DNA of 64,000 nucleotides from an uncultured bacterium (lineage in GTDB: Bacteria; Babelota; Babeliae; Babelales; Babelaceae), in contig OY970332.1 of the NCBI GenBank assembly GCA_963717435.1, forward strand, positions 384,001-448,000, in the 5' to 3' direction. Both the position numbers and the translations under genes were made by a program. Below are positions 1-12,089 of the stretch, one piece after another. Within the stretch, counting starts at the first letter, position 1; every line of letters starts with the position of its first letter. The notes beneath the pieces were generated by a model. That model saw only the letters and a list, made by a program, of their open reading frames with translations, was not told where the DNA came from and searched no databases.

Positions 1-142
1 AGCCACCTGGTTTGAACTTGCTAACGACGCTACCATAAAGATCTTGTAAATCTTTCTTTTGCTCGTCTGTTAAAACAAATACGTCATCAGAAAGCAATTC
101 GGATTTGCGAAATTGAGAAGATCTTATTAACTCTTTGGACAT
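1..142 (-). CDS. rpsA: 5' part of probable 30S ribosomal protein S1 (runs off window)
   Basis: Manual translation MSKELIRSSQFRKSELLSDDVFVLTDEQKKDLQDLYGSVVSKFKPGG with a strong AGGAGG SD; resembles the S1 N-terminus leading into the first OB fold. Confidence 0.55.
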   Translation of the reverse strand, partial: MSKELIRSSQFRKSELLSDDVFVLTDEQKKDLQDLYGSVVSKFKPGG

Positions 143-356
143 CAAGTCCTCCTATAGAAATACTTAAAAAACAAGAACTGTTTTTTAGTGTTAAGTTGGT
201 TAAACATATAAAATTACATGTTTTATTATAACAAACTGGAAATTATTTACAAATTGGCACAGCAAAAATATAGACAAATTTGCCAGGCAAATAGAACTTG
301 TTATAGTCTAGGTGTCGAAAAGACTTAGTACACAAGCTATAAGAAAGAGATTTGGT

Positions 357-854
357 GTGAATAAGCTAATAATTATAGTTCTTATAACAAGTTTTGGTTA
401 TTCCTGGAGCATGGAAAATGAGCAAAAGGGAGCTGGTTCTGGCAAACCAGCTTACAAATCTTTAAAAACAGAAGTTAGCATAAATAACGCTGAATCTTCT
501 GGCGAAGAAGACACAAGTGAACTCGACGACTTATCTGACAAGGGCAAGGGCAAGAAAAACAGTCGCAATAATAACAATAATAATAACGGTAATAAACACA
601 AAAGAGCCGGCAGTGATGCCGTGATAACGATACACCTGGAAAATGGGGATTTTTCTATAGAGCAAAATAAGATAAATACAGAAAAGCAGGGGAATTTGAA
701 ACTTAAAGCGGCTGGGGCGGCTTGGAAAGCCTATTGTACCCCCAAGGCATTCAGGGATGCCTCCTGCGGAACCTTGGCCATATTTATGGTCTTTTTCCTA
801 TATAAAATGGCTTTGGCGGCAGAAAGCATAGCCAATGCCACAATATCTGATTAA
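357..854 (+). CDS. Secreted/membrane hypothetical protein with Asn-run low-complexity region
   Basis: ORF 312..854; GTG at 357 gives signal peptide NKLIIIVLITSFGYSWS followed by MENEQ; hydrophobic C-terminal segment. Confidence 0.6.
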   Translation: MNKLIIIVLITSFGYSWSMENEQKGAGSGKPAYKSLKTEVSINNAESSGEEDTSELDDLSDKGKGKKNSRNNNNNNNGNKHKRAGSDAVITIHLENGDFSIEQNKINTEKQGNLKLKAAGAAWKAYCTPKAFRDASCGTLAIFMVFFLYKMALAAESIANATISD

Positions 855-1000
855 ATCAGCTAAAAATGGGCCCAAAATTGACCCAGAATAGGCAAGACAG
901 CTGAAATATAGGATCATGACTAATTGGGGCAAAAATCGGGTTTGAACCTGTTTTTTAATTAAAATTCAAATAACTTAAAATATACTGACTGAAAACATAT

Positions 1001-1029
1001 TTTACATTATTTAAAATACGTGCTATGAT
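1001..1029 (+). promoter_or_regulatory. Sigma70-type promoter with extended -10 upstream of deaD
   Basis: TTTACA-17 bp-TATGAT with TG at the extended -10 position. Confidence 0.6.
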
Positions 1030-1070
1030 TGATAGTAATCAAAAGTGCCTGCAGGTTCAAATAACCTGGA

Positions 1071-1133
1071 TCCCCCTACGCCAGCACAGTTCTTCAAAGT
1101 TTGCAGAACATAGTAAAGGCTCCGGAGGACAAG
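1071..1133. repeat. B-type palindromic repeat module inside the deaD leader
   Basis: TCC-CC-CTACG...AAAGG-CTCCG-GA-GGA-CAAG, same architecture as the modules nested in the A repeats. Confidence 0.5.
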
Positions 1134-1439
1134 ACTGAAATCCCATCTTTTAAAGATTTAAGCAAGGCACCCACAGATTGTGCGTTTACCCGTTTCGGGC
1201 TTGCTGTTTAATACCCTAAGTTTCATTAAATAGTTGACGTAGCTGATGTTTATAAGTGCCCCCCAAATATTAAAAATAAATGGGTAAATGGGCTCGAATA
1301 TACTAATTTTTATTTAAAATTTAGTTATTTTTGTTCTTAAATAGTTAAAACAAAAAAAGAGAGTTTAATAAAAAATTTAATAAATTTTATAACCCAATTA
1401 ATAATTAATCTAATTAATCTAAAAGGACGAAACAATTTT

Positions 1440-3083
1440 ATGAATAAATTTACAGATTTAAATTTGGATCCAATAATACAAAAGAGTTTAGAGTCTCTAG
1501 GTTTTACAGAACCTACAGAGATTCAAGCAAAATCTATCCCTATGTTACTTGAAAAAGAAAAAGTTGATTTTCTTGGTCAAGCACAAACAGGGACAGGTAA
1601 GACTCTTGCGTTTGGGATACCACTTTTACACAGAATAGATAAATCAAAGAATATTACACAGGCGCTTATTGTTGCACCTACAAGAGAACTTGCGGTTCAG
1701 ATATGTGAAAGCATAAATCCACTTGCAAAAGCTTTGGGTATAACAATAGAAGCTGTCTATGGTGGTGTTTCTATGGAAGACCAAATGCGCAAGCTAAAAC
1801 GTGGAACACAGATCGTTGTGGGTACACCTGGTCGTCTTAATGATCACTTAAATAGACGTACATTAAATTTAAGTACTTTAAAAACACTTGTTCTTGATGA
1901 AGCTGATATCATGCTTGATATGGGATTCAAAGAAGAGATCACAGAAATACTTACATACGCTCCAAAAGAACGTGAAATTTGGTTGTTCTCAGCGACAATA
2001 AAGGGCGGTATAGCTGATCTTATGAGAAGTCATATGACAGATACAGTTTCAGTTAGAGTAAGTAAAACACAAGTTGGAACACAGGCCGTTAAGCATTATT
2101 ACTGCTCACTGCCTTCAAGATCAAGATTAAATGCACTATGCAGATTTATCGATAGCGCACCAGAATTTTACGGAATCATATTCTGCCCAACAAAGATCAT
2201 GACATCTGAAATCGCTGAAAAGCTTTCAAAGCATGGATACCAAGTTGGCGCGCTTCATGGTGACATGAGCCAGTCTATGAGAAACGTTATGATTAAAAAG
2301 TTTAAGGACAAACAACTTAGTATTATCGTTGCAACTGACGTTGCGGCTCGTGGTATTGACGTTGCAAACTTAACTCACGTTATTAACTTCTCATTACCAG
2401 AAGACCAAGAAAGCTATGTTCACAGAGTTGGACGTACAGGAAGAGCTGGTAAAGATGGTATCGCTATAACATTTGTTGGAAGAAACGATACAAGAAATAT
2501 TCAAATGTTAGAACGTAAGTTTGGCATTGTTATTAAACCTATCGATGTCCCTTCAAAAGAGACAATCATGCAAGCACGTGCTGAACAAGCAAGTGAACTT
2601 GTTACATCACTTATATCTGATAAAAAAGAGTATAAGGGAATAGAGCTTGTTTCAGAGATTACAAAAAATCTTACACAAGAACAGCTACAAGTTTTAGCAA
2701 ACAAGCTACTACATGCTAAATTCTTAGAAAACGTTGCTACACAAGAGATACAAATTGAGCACTCAGTGCCTAACAATTATAACTCTTCTTCTAACTCAAG
2801 ATTCTCAAGAGGTTCAGGAAACTCAAGATTTGAGCGTGGAACACCTGAAAATATTCAAGAGATTTATATTGCTCTTGGTATCGATGATGGAATCGAAAAA
2901 GAAGATGTTGTTAATTACTTGTTGAGCTCTAAAGCGATTTCTGAATCTCAGATTCGTAAGATCAGAGTGATCAAAAGAAGAACATTTATCGAGATTCCTA
3001 TCGATTTAACATACAAGATAATAGACGCCCTTAAAGGCAAAAACTTAAACGGTAAAAGAGCGCGCTTAAACATAGTTAATTAA
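1440..3083 (+). CDS. deaD: DEAD-box RNA helicase DeaD/CsdA type with C-terminal DbpA-like RNA-binding domain
   Basis: Motifs AQTGTGKT, PTRELA, TPGR, DEAD, SAT, ARGID, HRVGRTGRAG; C-terminal RRM-like domain. Confidence 0.9.
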   Translation: MNKFTDLNLDPIIQKSLESLGFTEPTEIQAKSIPMLLEKEKVDFLGQAQTGTGKTLAFGIPLLHRIDKSKNITQALIVAPTRELAVQICESINPLAKALGITIEAVYGGVSMEDQMRKLKRGTQIVVGTPGRLNDHLNRRTLNLSTLKTLVLDEADIMLDMGFKEEITEILTYAPKEREIWLFSATIKGGIADLMRSHMTDTVSVRVSKTQVGTQAVKHYYCSLPSRSRLNALCRFIDSAPEFYGIIFCPTKIMTSEIAEKLSKHGYQVGALHGDMSQSMRNVMIKKFKDKQLSIIVATDVAARGIDVANLTHVINFSLPEDQESYVHRVGRTGRAGKDGIAITFVGRNDTRNIQMLERKFGIVIKPIDVPSKETIMQARAEQASELVTSLISDKKEYKGIELVSEITKNLTQEQLQVLANKLLHAKFLENVATQEIQIEHSVPNNYNSSSNSRFSRGSGNSRFERGTPENIQEIYIALGIDDGIEKEDVVNYLLSSKAISESQIRKIRVIKRRTFIEIPIDLTYKIIDALKGKNLNGKRARLNIVN

Positions 3084-3174
3084 TTATTAAGAAGTGCAAT
3101 TAAAAAACTGTGTTATTAAAGTTTTAATAACACAGTTTAGTTAAAATCAGAAGATATTATTTACTAGTTTATGG

Positions 3175-3211
3175 GTGGTTGATTTGAGTTTTCAGATCAA
3201 CCACTTTTTTT
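3175..3211 (+). terminator. Rho-independent terminator after deaD
   Basis: GTGGTTGATTTGA/TCAGATCAACCAC stem followed by T7. Confidence 0.75.
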
Positions 3212-3232
3212 GTGATTATTATTTTTTTAAAA

Positions 3233-3493
3233 TTATTTTGCTCTAGATTCTAGTTCTTTAACTATTTCAACGGCGCGTTCGCGCGGCAGAGAATCTACGA
3301 TTTTCTTGAGTCTATTGAACCTACTAATAACGTCGCAAACATAACTGTAATTAAAGTTTCTAAATTTCTTTATCTCTCTATATTTGCCAACAACTTCGTG
3401 GTAGTTTTCTCTTAATTCTTTCTCTAGTTGTTCAAGATTATTAGCTTTAAGCCCCATAAAAGACAGAAACAAAATTGTGTAAAATATTTTCAT
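3233..3493 (-). CDS. Small secreted hypothetical protein
   Basis: 86 aa ORF with signal-like N-terminus and helical charged body. Confidence 0.55.
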   Translation of the reverse strand: MKIFYTILFLSFMGLKANNLEQLEKELRENYHEVVGKYREIKKFRNFNYSYVCDVISRFNRLKKIVDSLPRERAVEIVKELESRAK

Positions 3494-3548
3494 GTTCGTA
3501 TTTCAAAATTATTTAAAAAAAATTTAATTATATTTAATTATAATTTAC

Positions 3549-3581
3549 AAAAAAAGAGGGGATTTTGAAATCCCCTCTTTT
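3549..3581 (-). terminator. Terminator after leuS
   Basis: AAAAGAGGGGATTT/AAATCCCCTCTTTT stem with A/T tails. Confidence 0.75.
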
Positions 3582-3586
3582 AATTA

Positions 3587-6042
<2,456 letters not shown>

Positions 6043-6273
6043 AATTAACCTAAATTTTTTAAATAATAACTATATAAATTATGTTAACAGTAAAATGGAA
6101 AAACTAAAAAAGATTTGTGTAGAAAAAGATATACTGCCCCTAAGGCAGGAGTAAACTTGGGATATTTACTGAATAGAATACTGGCAAAACTTGTAAAATA
6201 CAGCTTAAAATCTTCATATGTTATATTTTTGATGTTTTTTAGATTTTTGTCAAAAATTGATTTTGTATAGGGG

Positions 6274-6588
6274 TTATCGATCTATCAGAGTGCTATCGCC
6301 ATTAAACGATATCATAGTATTATCTTTAAGATTCTTATATTCAAATATTTTCCCACCCATTAGAACTAAAATTGCCTCGATGCCAGCTTCGTTAAAGTAC
6401 CCACACCTCTCAATTGTCCATCGACCAATTAGTTCCCTGCGTAAATTTGGGATTACCAACTTGTTTTTATAAACTATTTTTCTGATCTTCACCGGGACAG
6501 TAGATGTATTTACAAAGTAAACTGAGTTTAATGAATTAAAAAATAGTGTGAGAAAAAACAAAACAAACTTAAAATTATTTTTTACCAT
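6274..6588 (-). CDS. Secreted hypothetical protein
   Basis: 104 aa ORF with signal peptide. Confidence 0.55.
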   Translation of the reverse strand: MVKNNFKFVLFFLTLFFNSLNSVYFVNTSTVPVKIRKIVYKNKLVIPNLRRELIGRWTIERCGYFNEAGIEAILVLMGGKIFEYKNLKDNTMISFNGDSTLIDR

Positions 6589-6619
6589 AACCGGGTCTCT
6601 GTTTTTTAATATTCAAATT

Positions 6620-7645
6620 TTAAGCCTGGCGTGATTTCAATAATTCAATCAATTTTTTCAGAAAAGCTTTTGTGTCGTACAATCCTGTAGAAAGGTTTCT
6701 GGGGCCTCTACAAAACCAATTTAACTCTCCCCATGACAAATTATCTTTAATAACCTGTTCTTGAACCTTTTTATGCCACGCTTCTGCCCGACTTAATTTT
6801 TCTTCAACCAACTTTGACGCATTTTCAAAAAAATCTTTTGATATATTATTGGGTAATTTATTTAAAATAAGTTCCATAATGCTGATTAAATTGTTTTTTA
6901 ATTCATATCTAACGTTATAATAATCAAATTGTTTCATACCAGAAAGCAATAATTCACCGAGCTCTTCCAGGCTAAGATCTGTGCTAAATTTAAATAAAAT
7001 ATCAAAAAAGTTATAATCGTATTCTTCGATAGCAAATTTTAAATACGGGGCTGCACCTGCTCCTAAATTTAAAAATTCGCGAGCAATCCCAAAGTGATCC
7101 GGATTTGAAATATTTTTTGGTTTAAGCAATTTTCTACGAAAAAGGCTGTTTAAATATTTCAAGTATTCTGGATCAGATTGTATTTTGTTTTTTGACCAAT
7201 TATATGCCTTGAAATTATATGCCACATAGGGAAGATATGATTTGGTTTGAAATTTAGTTTGATATTTTTTAAGATGCGAATTCAAGATCTCGCCAACAAT
7301 ATAAAGCTTTAATTTTTTATAATTAAGCTCTAAAATTTCAGCAGATTTTTCTTGCACATATTTTTCTGTAATTTTCTTAAATTGGCTGTTGGATGTAAAA
7401 GAATCGAAAGCTGCAAGCAATTCTTCTTCAGATTCAAATCCGGGTTCTAGTACATTAATAAAAGCACAAATTGGATCTTTTATATATTCTGGCAAATCGG
7501 GCGTAGTTTCCGTCATGTTAAAAAAATCTGCAAGCACATATTCTTGCTCATTAATATTTCCCACAAGATCAGTCTCCATAGAGAAAATACCAGGGAAAAT
7601 ATTTGTAAATACTAATAATAAAATTATATAAAATTTAAGTTTCAT
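6620..7645 (-). CDS. Secreted hypothetical protein (helical, possibly degenerate ankyrin-like)
   Basis: 341 aa; signal peptide then METD; segment IAREFLNLGA..PYLKFAI. Confidence 0.65.
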   Translation of the reverse strand: MKLKFYIILLLVFTNIFPGIFSMETDLVGNINEQEYVLADFFNMTETTPDLPEYIKDPICAFINVLEPGFESEEELLAAFDSFTSNSQFKKITEKYVQEKSAEILELNYKKLKLYIVGEILNSHLKKYQTKFQTKSYLPYVAYNFKAYNWSKNKIQSDPEYLKYLNSLFRRKLLKPKNISNPDHFGIAREFLNLGAGAAPYLKFAIEEYDYNFFDILFKFSTDLSLEELGELLLSGMKQFDYYNVRYELKNNLISIMELILNKLPNNISKDFFENASKLVEEKLSRAEAWHKKVQEQVIKDNLSWGELNWFCRGPRNLSTGLYDTKAFLKKLIELLKSRQA

Positions 7646-7850
7646 AAAATCCCCAATTTTTAAGATTAAGCTAATAAGTTACTTATTCTTATCAATTTTA
7701 TATCTAATTTATATCTAAATCTTCTTTAAAACTATAGATGTTCTATTTTTTCTCAATTTTGTTATCCTGACAAAATATAATAATATTTAAAAACATGGCG
7801 AGTAGTAATCCAAAATTAAACCCCAAAAAATAATAAAAGAAAGATAATAA

Positions 7851-8501
7851 ATGAGTGTTCAACCTCAAAAAGTTACAGTGGTGCCAAACCCACTAATGGC
7901 CCAAGAAGATGAAAATATTTTAGTAGTTAAACGACAAGATCTTTTTTCAGCTGAGGGTGAATATGCGGCATGGCAGGGCCTAAAGGCTGTCGATTTTGTT
8001 AGTTATTTGAAAATAATAGATGAAAAAAAAGAGTTTAATCCAAGATCAAAAATGGAATCTGATGAGAACTACAAACAGATTATCCCATATTTGATTTTTC
8101 AATATGGCGACAAATATTTTCTAATGCAGCGCCAAGCAAAAGCAAGTGAAAAGAGGCTCCAAAGCAAATATTCACTTGGAATTGGCGGGCACATAAGAGA
8201 AGAAGATATCGCAAGTTCAGACGTTGTTGCTTGGTCAAAGCGTGAATTTGAAGAAGAAGTTAACTACTCAGGTAGTTATACGGTCGAGCCGCTAGGAATT
8301 TTGAACGACGACAGTAATTCTGTCGGGCGAGTTCATGTCGCATTTGTTTTAATTCTTAAAGGCGACTCAGATAAAATTACGGTTAATTCTGAACTTAAAA
8401 GCGGCGAGTTGCTTACACTTGAAGAATGTGAAAAGTTTTATGATCACATGGAAAGCTGGACGCAGATAGCTTTTAATTTTATCAAGAATAATTCTAAATA
8501 A
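7851..8501 (+). CDS. NUDIX-fold predicted phosphoesterase
   Basis: R..ME.DE.YKQIIPY, SLGIGGHI, REFEEEV, G.LNDD..VGRVH motifs. Confidence 0.8.
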   Translation: MSVQPQKVTVVPNPLMAQEDENILVVKRQDLFSAEGEYAAWQGLKAVDFVSYLKIIDEKKEFNPRSKMESDENYKQIIPYLIFQYGDKYFLMQRQAKASEKRLQSKYSLGIGGHIREEDIASSDVVAWSKREFEEEVNYSGSYTVEPLGILNDDSNSVGRVHVAFVLILKGDSDKITVNSELKSGELLTLEECEKFYDHMESWTQIAFNFIKNNSK

Positions 8502-8552
8502 ATTAGGGCCCGGTTTTTACGGGCCCTTTTTATTCTTAATATTTATAAATTA

Positions 8553-9188
8553 TTAATCCCAAATTTCAACAGTTGTAGTTTTTCTTACAGAATAACCAGA
8601 TTGCTGTCTCGGTTGAGAGTACTGATTTCTTGCAGCCTGTTCAAGTAACTTAGTTTGCCTTCTTGATTCATAAAGCTGACTTTCAGCCAACCTGCGTTGA
8701 TCTTTTGCCACACGTTGCTGCTCAATAAACTGAGATTCGTTAACGTACGTCTTTTGCTTTGCAAGAACTGGCAAAATCTCAAGAAGCACACGTCTTAGAT
8801 TTATAACTTTGTCATAAACTGGTCTGCTGCTTAAAAGTCTTGATTCAAGCGCATGAGCATGTCTTTCAAGCTTACGAATATCATTTTTGATAATATATTC
8901 AGCTTTATGTAGAGGCGCCCCCTCAGAAACAACCAAGTGTTCGTTGCCAATCAAAGATTGGCCCAAGCCTTCCCAAAAGCCTAAACCTGATCTTGAACCC
9001 AATAGGCGGGATTCTTCAACCAAATCTTTGTCGCTGGAATATGCTCTTATCATGTCTCTATAACGCATAGAAAGCACAGAAACTTCATTTTCTGCTTCGC
9101 AAAGTATATCCGTATCTGATAGTTGGCCGCAGCCTGAAAGTATTAGTAAACCTGGAAAAGCCAGAATATGACTTAATTTTTTTAACAT
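8553..9188 (-). CDS. Lipoprotein of unknown function
   Basis: Lipobox ILSGC; coiled-coil C-terminus. Confidence 0.65.
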   Translation of the reverse strand: MLKKLSHILAFPGLLILSGCGQLSDTDILCEAENEVSVLSMRYRDMIRAYSSDKDLVEESRLLGSRSGLGFWEGLGQSLIGNEHLVVSEGAPLHKAEYIIKNDIRKLERHAHALESRLLSSRPVYDKVINLRRVLLEILPVLAKQKTYVNESQFIEQQRVAKDQRRLAESQLYESRRQTKLLEQAARNQYSQPRQQSGYSVRKTTTVEIWD

Positions 9189-9216
9189 ATTTTACCCCTT
9201 TATATTATTTTTACCC

Positions 9217-10104
9217 TTAATTTAAGTCTAACAAAATATGCTGATCTCGCAATTGGGTGTCTTCCAGGCTCAAATGGTCCAAAATTACAATATTTAAGCT
9301 TGGGGACCCAAAAAACTGGGTAAAAAGCTCTGGTGTTTTAGCTGGGGGGAGATATATATTCTTGAGTCCATAATTTTTATGTAAAAATTTGGCTATATTT
9401 AGCGTTAATTTTGTTGGGCGCAAGATAATCAAATTATCGACATTAAAGCTACCCGTTTCTTTAATTAATTCTGGAATAAGCTTAAAGCTGACCCAAGATC
9501 CTGGGGAAAGTCTTGAAAATATTGGGGCATCAAAAATCACAGTTGTCTGATTTTTATGATTTATAATACGGGCCGATTTAGAGCCGCACTTAATATTTTT
9601 TATTAATTTTGCTGGCTTATGTAAATATAAAAGCGAAAAGCCCAAAATAAATATAGAGATAAATCCGCCAATTTTGTGCAACTTAGTTGAAAATAATTTT
9701 TTATTTTTTAAAACAAAAAACGTCAAAAATATTATTAATACTGAAAAATATACGGGCGGCCTGACTCCTGCCCAAAGAAAATAATCTGAACCGAATCCCA
9801 AAAAATATTCCCAAATATCTGTAGTCTTATCTAAAATAAAAACTAGAAAAAAGTTGGGAATATTTAATATCTCTGAAAAAAACAGTAAACCTGAAACTAG
9901 AATAAATACCAAAAAAATCGGCGCAAAAATAATATTACCAATTGGGCTCAGTATCGAAACTGGCAGACCCCAGTGAAGTAATATTGGCCACGAAACTAGA
10001 TTTAAGAAAATCTGAAATTCAAGAAACTTTAAAAATTTCTCAAAAGCCAGATTTGTATAATATTTAAATTGCTTGATAAAGCTTTTTGAAATGCCAAAAT
10101 TCAT
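9217..10104 (-). CDS. ComEC/Rec2-like membrane protein (partial, degenerate MBL tail)
   Basis: PILLHWG..SILSPIGNIIFAPIF competence-domain-like TM motif, then a soluble tail. Confidence 0.6.
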   Translation of the reverse strand: MNFGISKSFIKQFKYYTNLAFEKFLKFLEFQIFLNLVSWPILLHWGLPVSILSPIGNIIFAPIFLVFILVSGLLFFSEILNIPNFFLVFILDKTTDIWEYFLGFGSDYFLWAGVRPPVYFSVLIIFLTFFVLKNKKLFSTKLHKIGGFISIFILGFSLLYLHKPAKLIKNIKCGSKSARIINHKNQTTVIFDAPIFSRLSPGSWVSFKLIPELIKETGSFNVDNLIILRPTKLTLNIAKFLHKNYGLKNIYLPPAKTPELFTQFFGSPSLNIVILDHLSLEDTQLRDQHILLDLN

Positions 10105-10183
10105 ACTGTTTGTTTTTTGCGACTCACCCTAAATTTTCCCGTAAGTACAGTATAAACCGGCAGAATTATTTGTATATTAAGAC

Positions 10184-10324
10184 TTAAAGCCCAAGTTTTT
10201 TAAATAGATCTTTAGCGTCTTTAGCGCGAACTAAATTTTTGCCCTTTTTTACGTTCTCAATGGCTTTAAGTGTGCTTTTATTTGGCACGTGAGTGCGTTG
10301 ACACTTATTATTCTTAAAATTCAC
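10184..10324 (-). CDS. 46-aa ORF resembling the C-terminal half of RelB/DinJ antitoxins
   Basis: GTG start with AGGGA SD; manual translation ...HVPNKSTLKAIENVKKGKNLVRAKDAKDLFKKLGL. Confidence 0.5.
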   Translation of the reverse strand: MNFKNNKCQRTHVPNKSTLKAIENVKKGKNLVRAKDAKDLFKKLGL

Positions 10325-10474
10325 AAAAATCCCTATCAAAAATAAAATTATAAAGACTTATTTTTTGACAGGCTCTGAAAAGTTATCCCAAACCTGTACA
10401 CCTACACCACAAACCAGAATCACGCCCACGCAAATAATAATATTTCCCCCCGAATTTTTTTATTACGCCAATTA

Positions 10475-11134
10475 TTAGGCCTGAGCAAAGAAGCCTGCAA
10501 CAATTAAAACAAATAATGAACCATAAGCTACAATAAAAAGCGTGACTTCATTTTTATAATGGACTCCCCTTAGGCCTTCTCTTAATTCGTTCAATTCTTC
10601 TTCTTCTCTTTTTTGTTGGGAAAATTCGAGCGCCTCTTTTTCTGTTTGTTGCTTAGACAAGTCAAGAAAGAATAGCTTAAATTTTCTCAAATTCTCATCA
10701 CCCGCATCATAATGATTTATATGTCTTAATATTTCTGCCAAAGTCTTGTGTGAGATTTTTGCATCTTCTAAATCAATTATACATTTTAATGATTCTTCTA
10801 ATTCCTCTAGCTCATTTGGTTTATTTTTTAATTTTTCCAAGCTATTTAGGAATGATTCTGCGGCTTCTGGCTCAATATACTTGAATTTTTTCACCAGTTG
10901 CTCATAATCAACAACTGGTTTCTCATTTTTTGCAGGATCCTGTTTCTTAGAAAAAAAACTTCTTATCAAAGTATTCTTATTTAGCTTATTATTTAATAAT
11001 AAATTTTGTTTCAAAAAGCTTGAATTGCTAAGCTTTATCTTACTTAAATTTTTCAAAGCTTTTGGCCCAAACATGCTAAAAGTATTAAAACTTAAAAATA
11101 AACTCATAAAAAATAAAGATTTTGCAAAATTCAT
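10475..11134 (-). CDS. Secreted protein with mitochondrial-presequence-like mature N-terminus and C-terminal TM (paralogue 1)
   Basis: Signal ...LSFNTFS, then 45 acid-free basic residues including IRSFFS; shares IEPEAA/IIDLE core with 11181..11834. Confidence 0.75.
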   Translation of the reverse strand: MNFAKSLFFMSLFLSFNTFSMFGPKALKNLSKIKLSNSSFLKQNLLLNNKLNKNTLIRSFFSKKQDPAKNEKPVVDYEQLVKKFKYIEPEAAESFLNSLEKLKNKPNELEELEESLKCIIDLEDAKISHKTLAEILRHINHYDAGDENLRKFKLFFLDLSKQQTEKEALEFSQQKREEEELNELREGLRGVHYKNEVTLFIVAYGSLFVLIVAGFFAQA

Positions 11135-11180
11135 AACTGTTCCTAAAGTATATTTTTAACCAAATTTCTTGAACCCAATA

Positions 11181-11834
11181 TCAATTAGAAATAGATCTTA
11201 GTATTATTAAAAGGCTAAAACCGATCCAGACTCCATACCACCTCTCTCGGTTTTCGGCGCGTTTTTCTTCTTTCAATTTATTTGTCTTTTTATTCTCTTT
11301 TTCTTCTTCTAGTTGACGCTGAGCCTCTTCAGTCTGGTATTTTGACAACTCAAAAATGAATGTCCTAATTTTTCTCAGATTCTTATTTTCTGGGCAATCA
11401 TGTTTTATATATCTCAATATTTCTAACATATTTTTAGGCGATAGGTTTGCGCCTTCTTCCAAATCAATTATGTTTTTTAAATTTCTTAATGCTTCTAACC
11501 CATCTGGTTTATTTTTTATTTCTTCAAAGAAGGCGAGCAATTTTAATGCCGCCTCAGGCTCAATAGAATATCTGAATCTTTCATCTATTTCCTTATAAGT
11601 AATAAAATTTTTGTCTCTGTTAGACTTATGATTCTTAATAGTAGAAAAATCTCTTATTAAAATAAGTGGCTTGGGCCCGATAATATTATTTAAATTATTT
11701 TTTTGATTTAAATAACCTAGATTATTCAGTTTTAATTTATTTAAGCTCTTTAAAGCTTGTGGTCCCCTCAACATAGAAAAACTATTAAAACTTAAAAATA
11801 AACCCGTAAATAACAAAACTTTTGTAAAATTCAT
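11181..11834 (-). CDS. Secreted protein with mitochondrial-presequence-like mature N-terminus and C-terminal TM (paralogue 2)
   Basis: Signal ...LSFNSFS, then MLRG... 41 acid-free residues leading to IRDFST; TM tail. Confidence 0.75.
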   Translation of the reverse strand: MNFTKVLLFTGLFLSFNSFSMLRGPQALKSLNKLKLNNLGYLNQKNNLNNIIGPKPLILIRDFSTIKNHKSNRDKNFITYKEIDERFRYSIEPEAALKLLAFFEEIKNKPDGLEALRNLKNIIDLEEGANLSPKNMLEILRYIKHDCPENKNLRKIRTFIFELSKYQTEEAQRQLEEEKENKKTNKLKEEKRAENRERWYGVWIGFSLLIILRSISN

Positions 11835-11945
11835 AAAGTACCCTGAAGCTAAAAAATTTATTTAATTTAAGTAATTTTACTAGACATACATAATATATTT
11901 TTTCAATAATAAGCAAAGTTATATAGCTATTAAAAGTAATAAACT

Positions 11946-12034
11946 CATCCCTCGATACTTTCTACTTCGCCAAGGCTCCGTAGAATACTCCCAGGCTTCG
12001 TGCAAGACTTCGCCGGGCGCGGAGGGACGAGCGG
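11946..12034 (-). repeat. A-family REP-like repeat with nested B modules
   Basis: CATCCCTCGATAC...GGGACGAGCGG ends; insert CCAGGCTTCGTGCAAGACTTCGCCGG. Confidence 0.85.
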
Positions 12035-12089
12035 GGGAAATAAATTTTTAGTAATAAGTATGGTTAAAAAAGTTAATGGGAAAAAGGTA

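Noticed and set aside
567-590. AAT/AAC microsatellite as a phase-variation tract
   Set aside because: Mixed trinucleotides encoding an in-frame Asn run, which cannot shift frame
1045-1170. Known riboswitch or tRNA upstream of deaD
   Set aside because: A T-loop-like GTTCAAAT is present, but there is no cloverleaf and no FMN, TPP, cobalamin or c-di-AMP consensus that I could match
12000-12089. N-terminal extension of transketolase
   Set aside because: Starts inside a repeat; homology begins near ATG 12090
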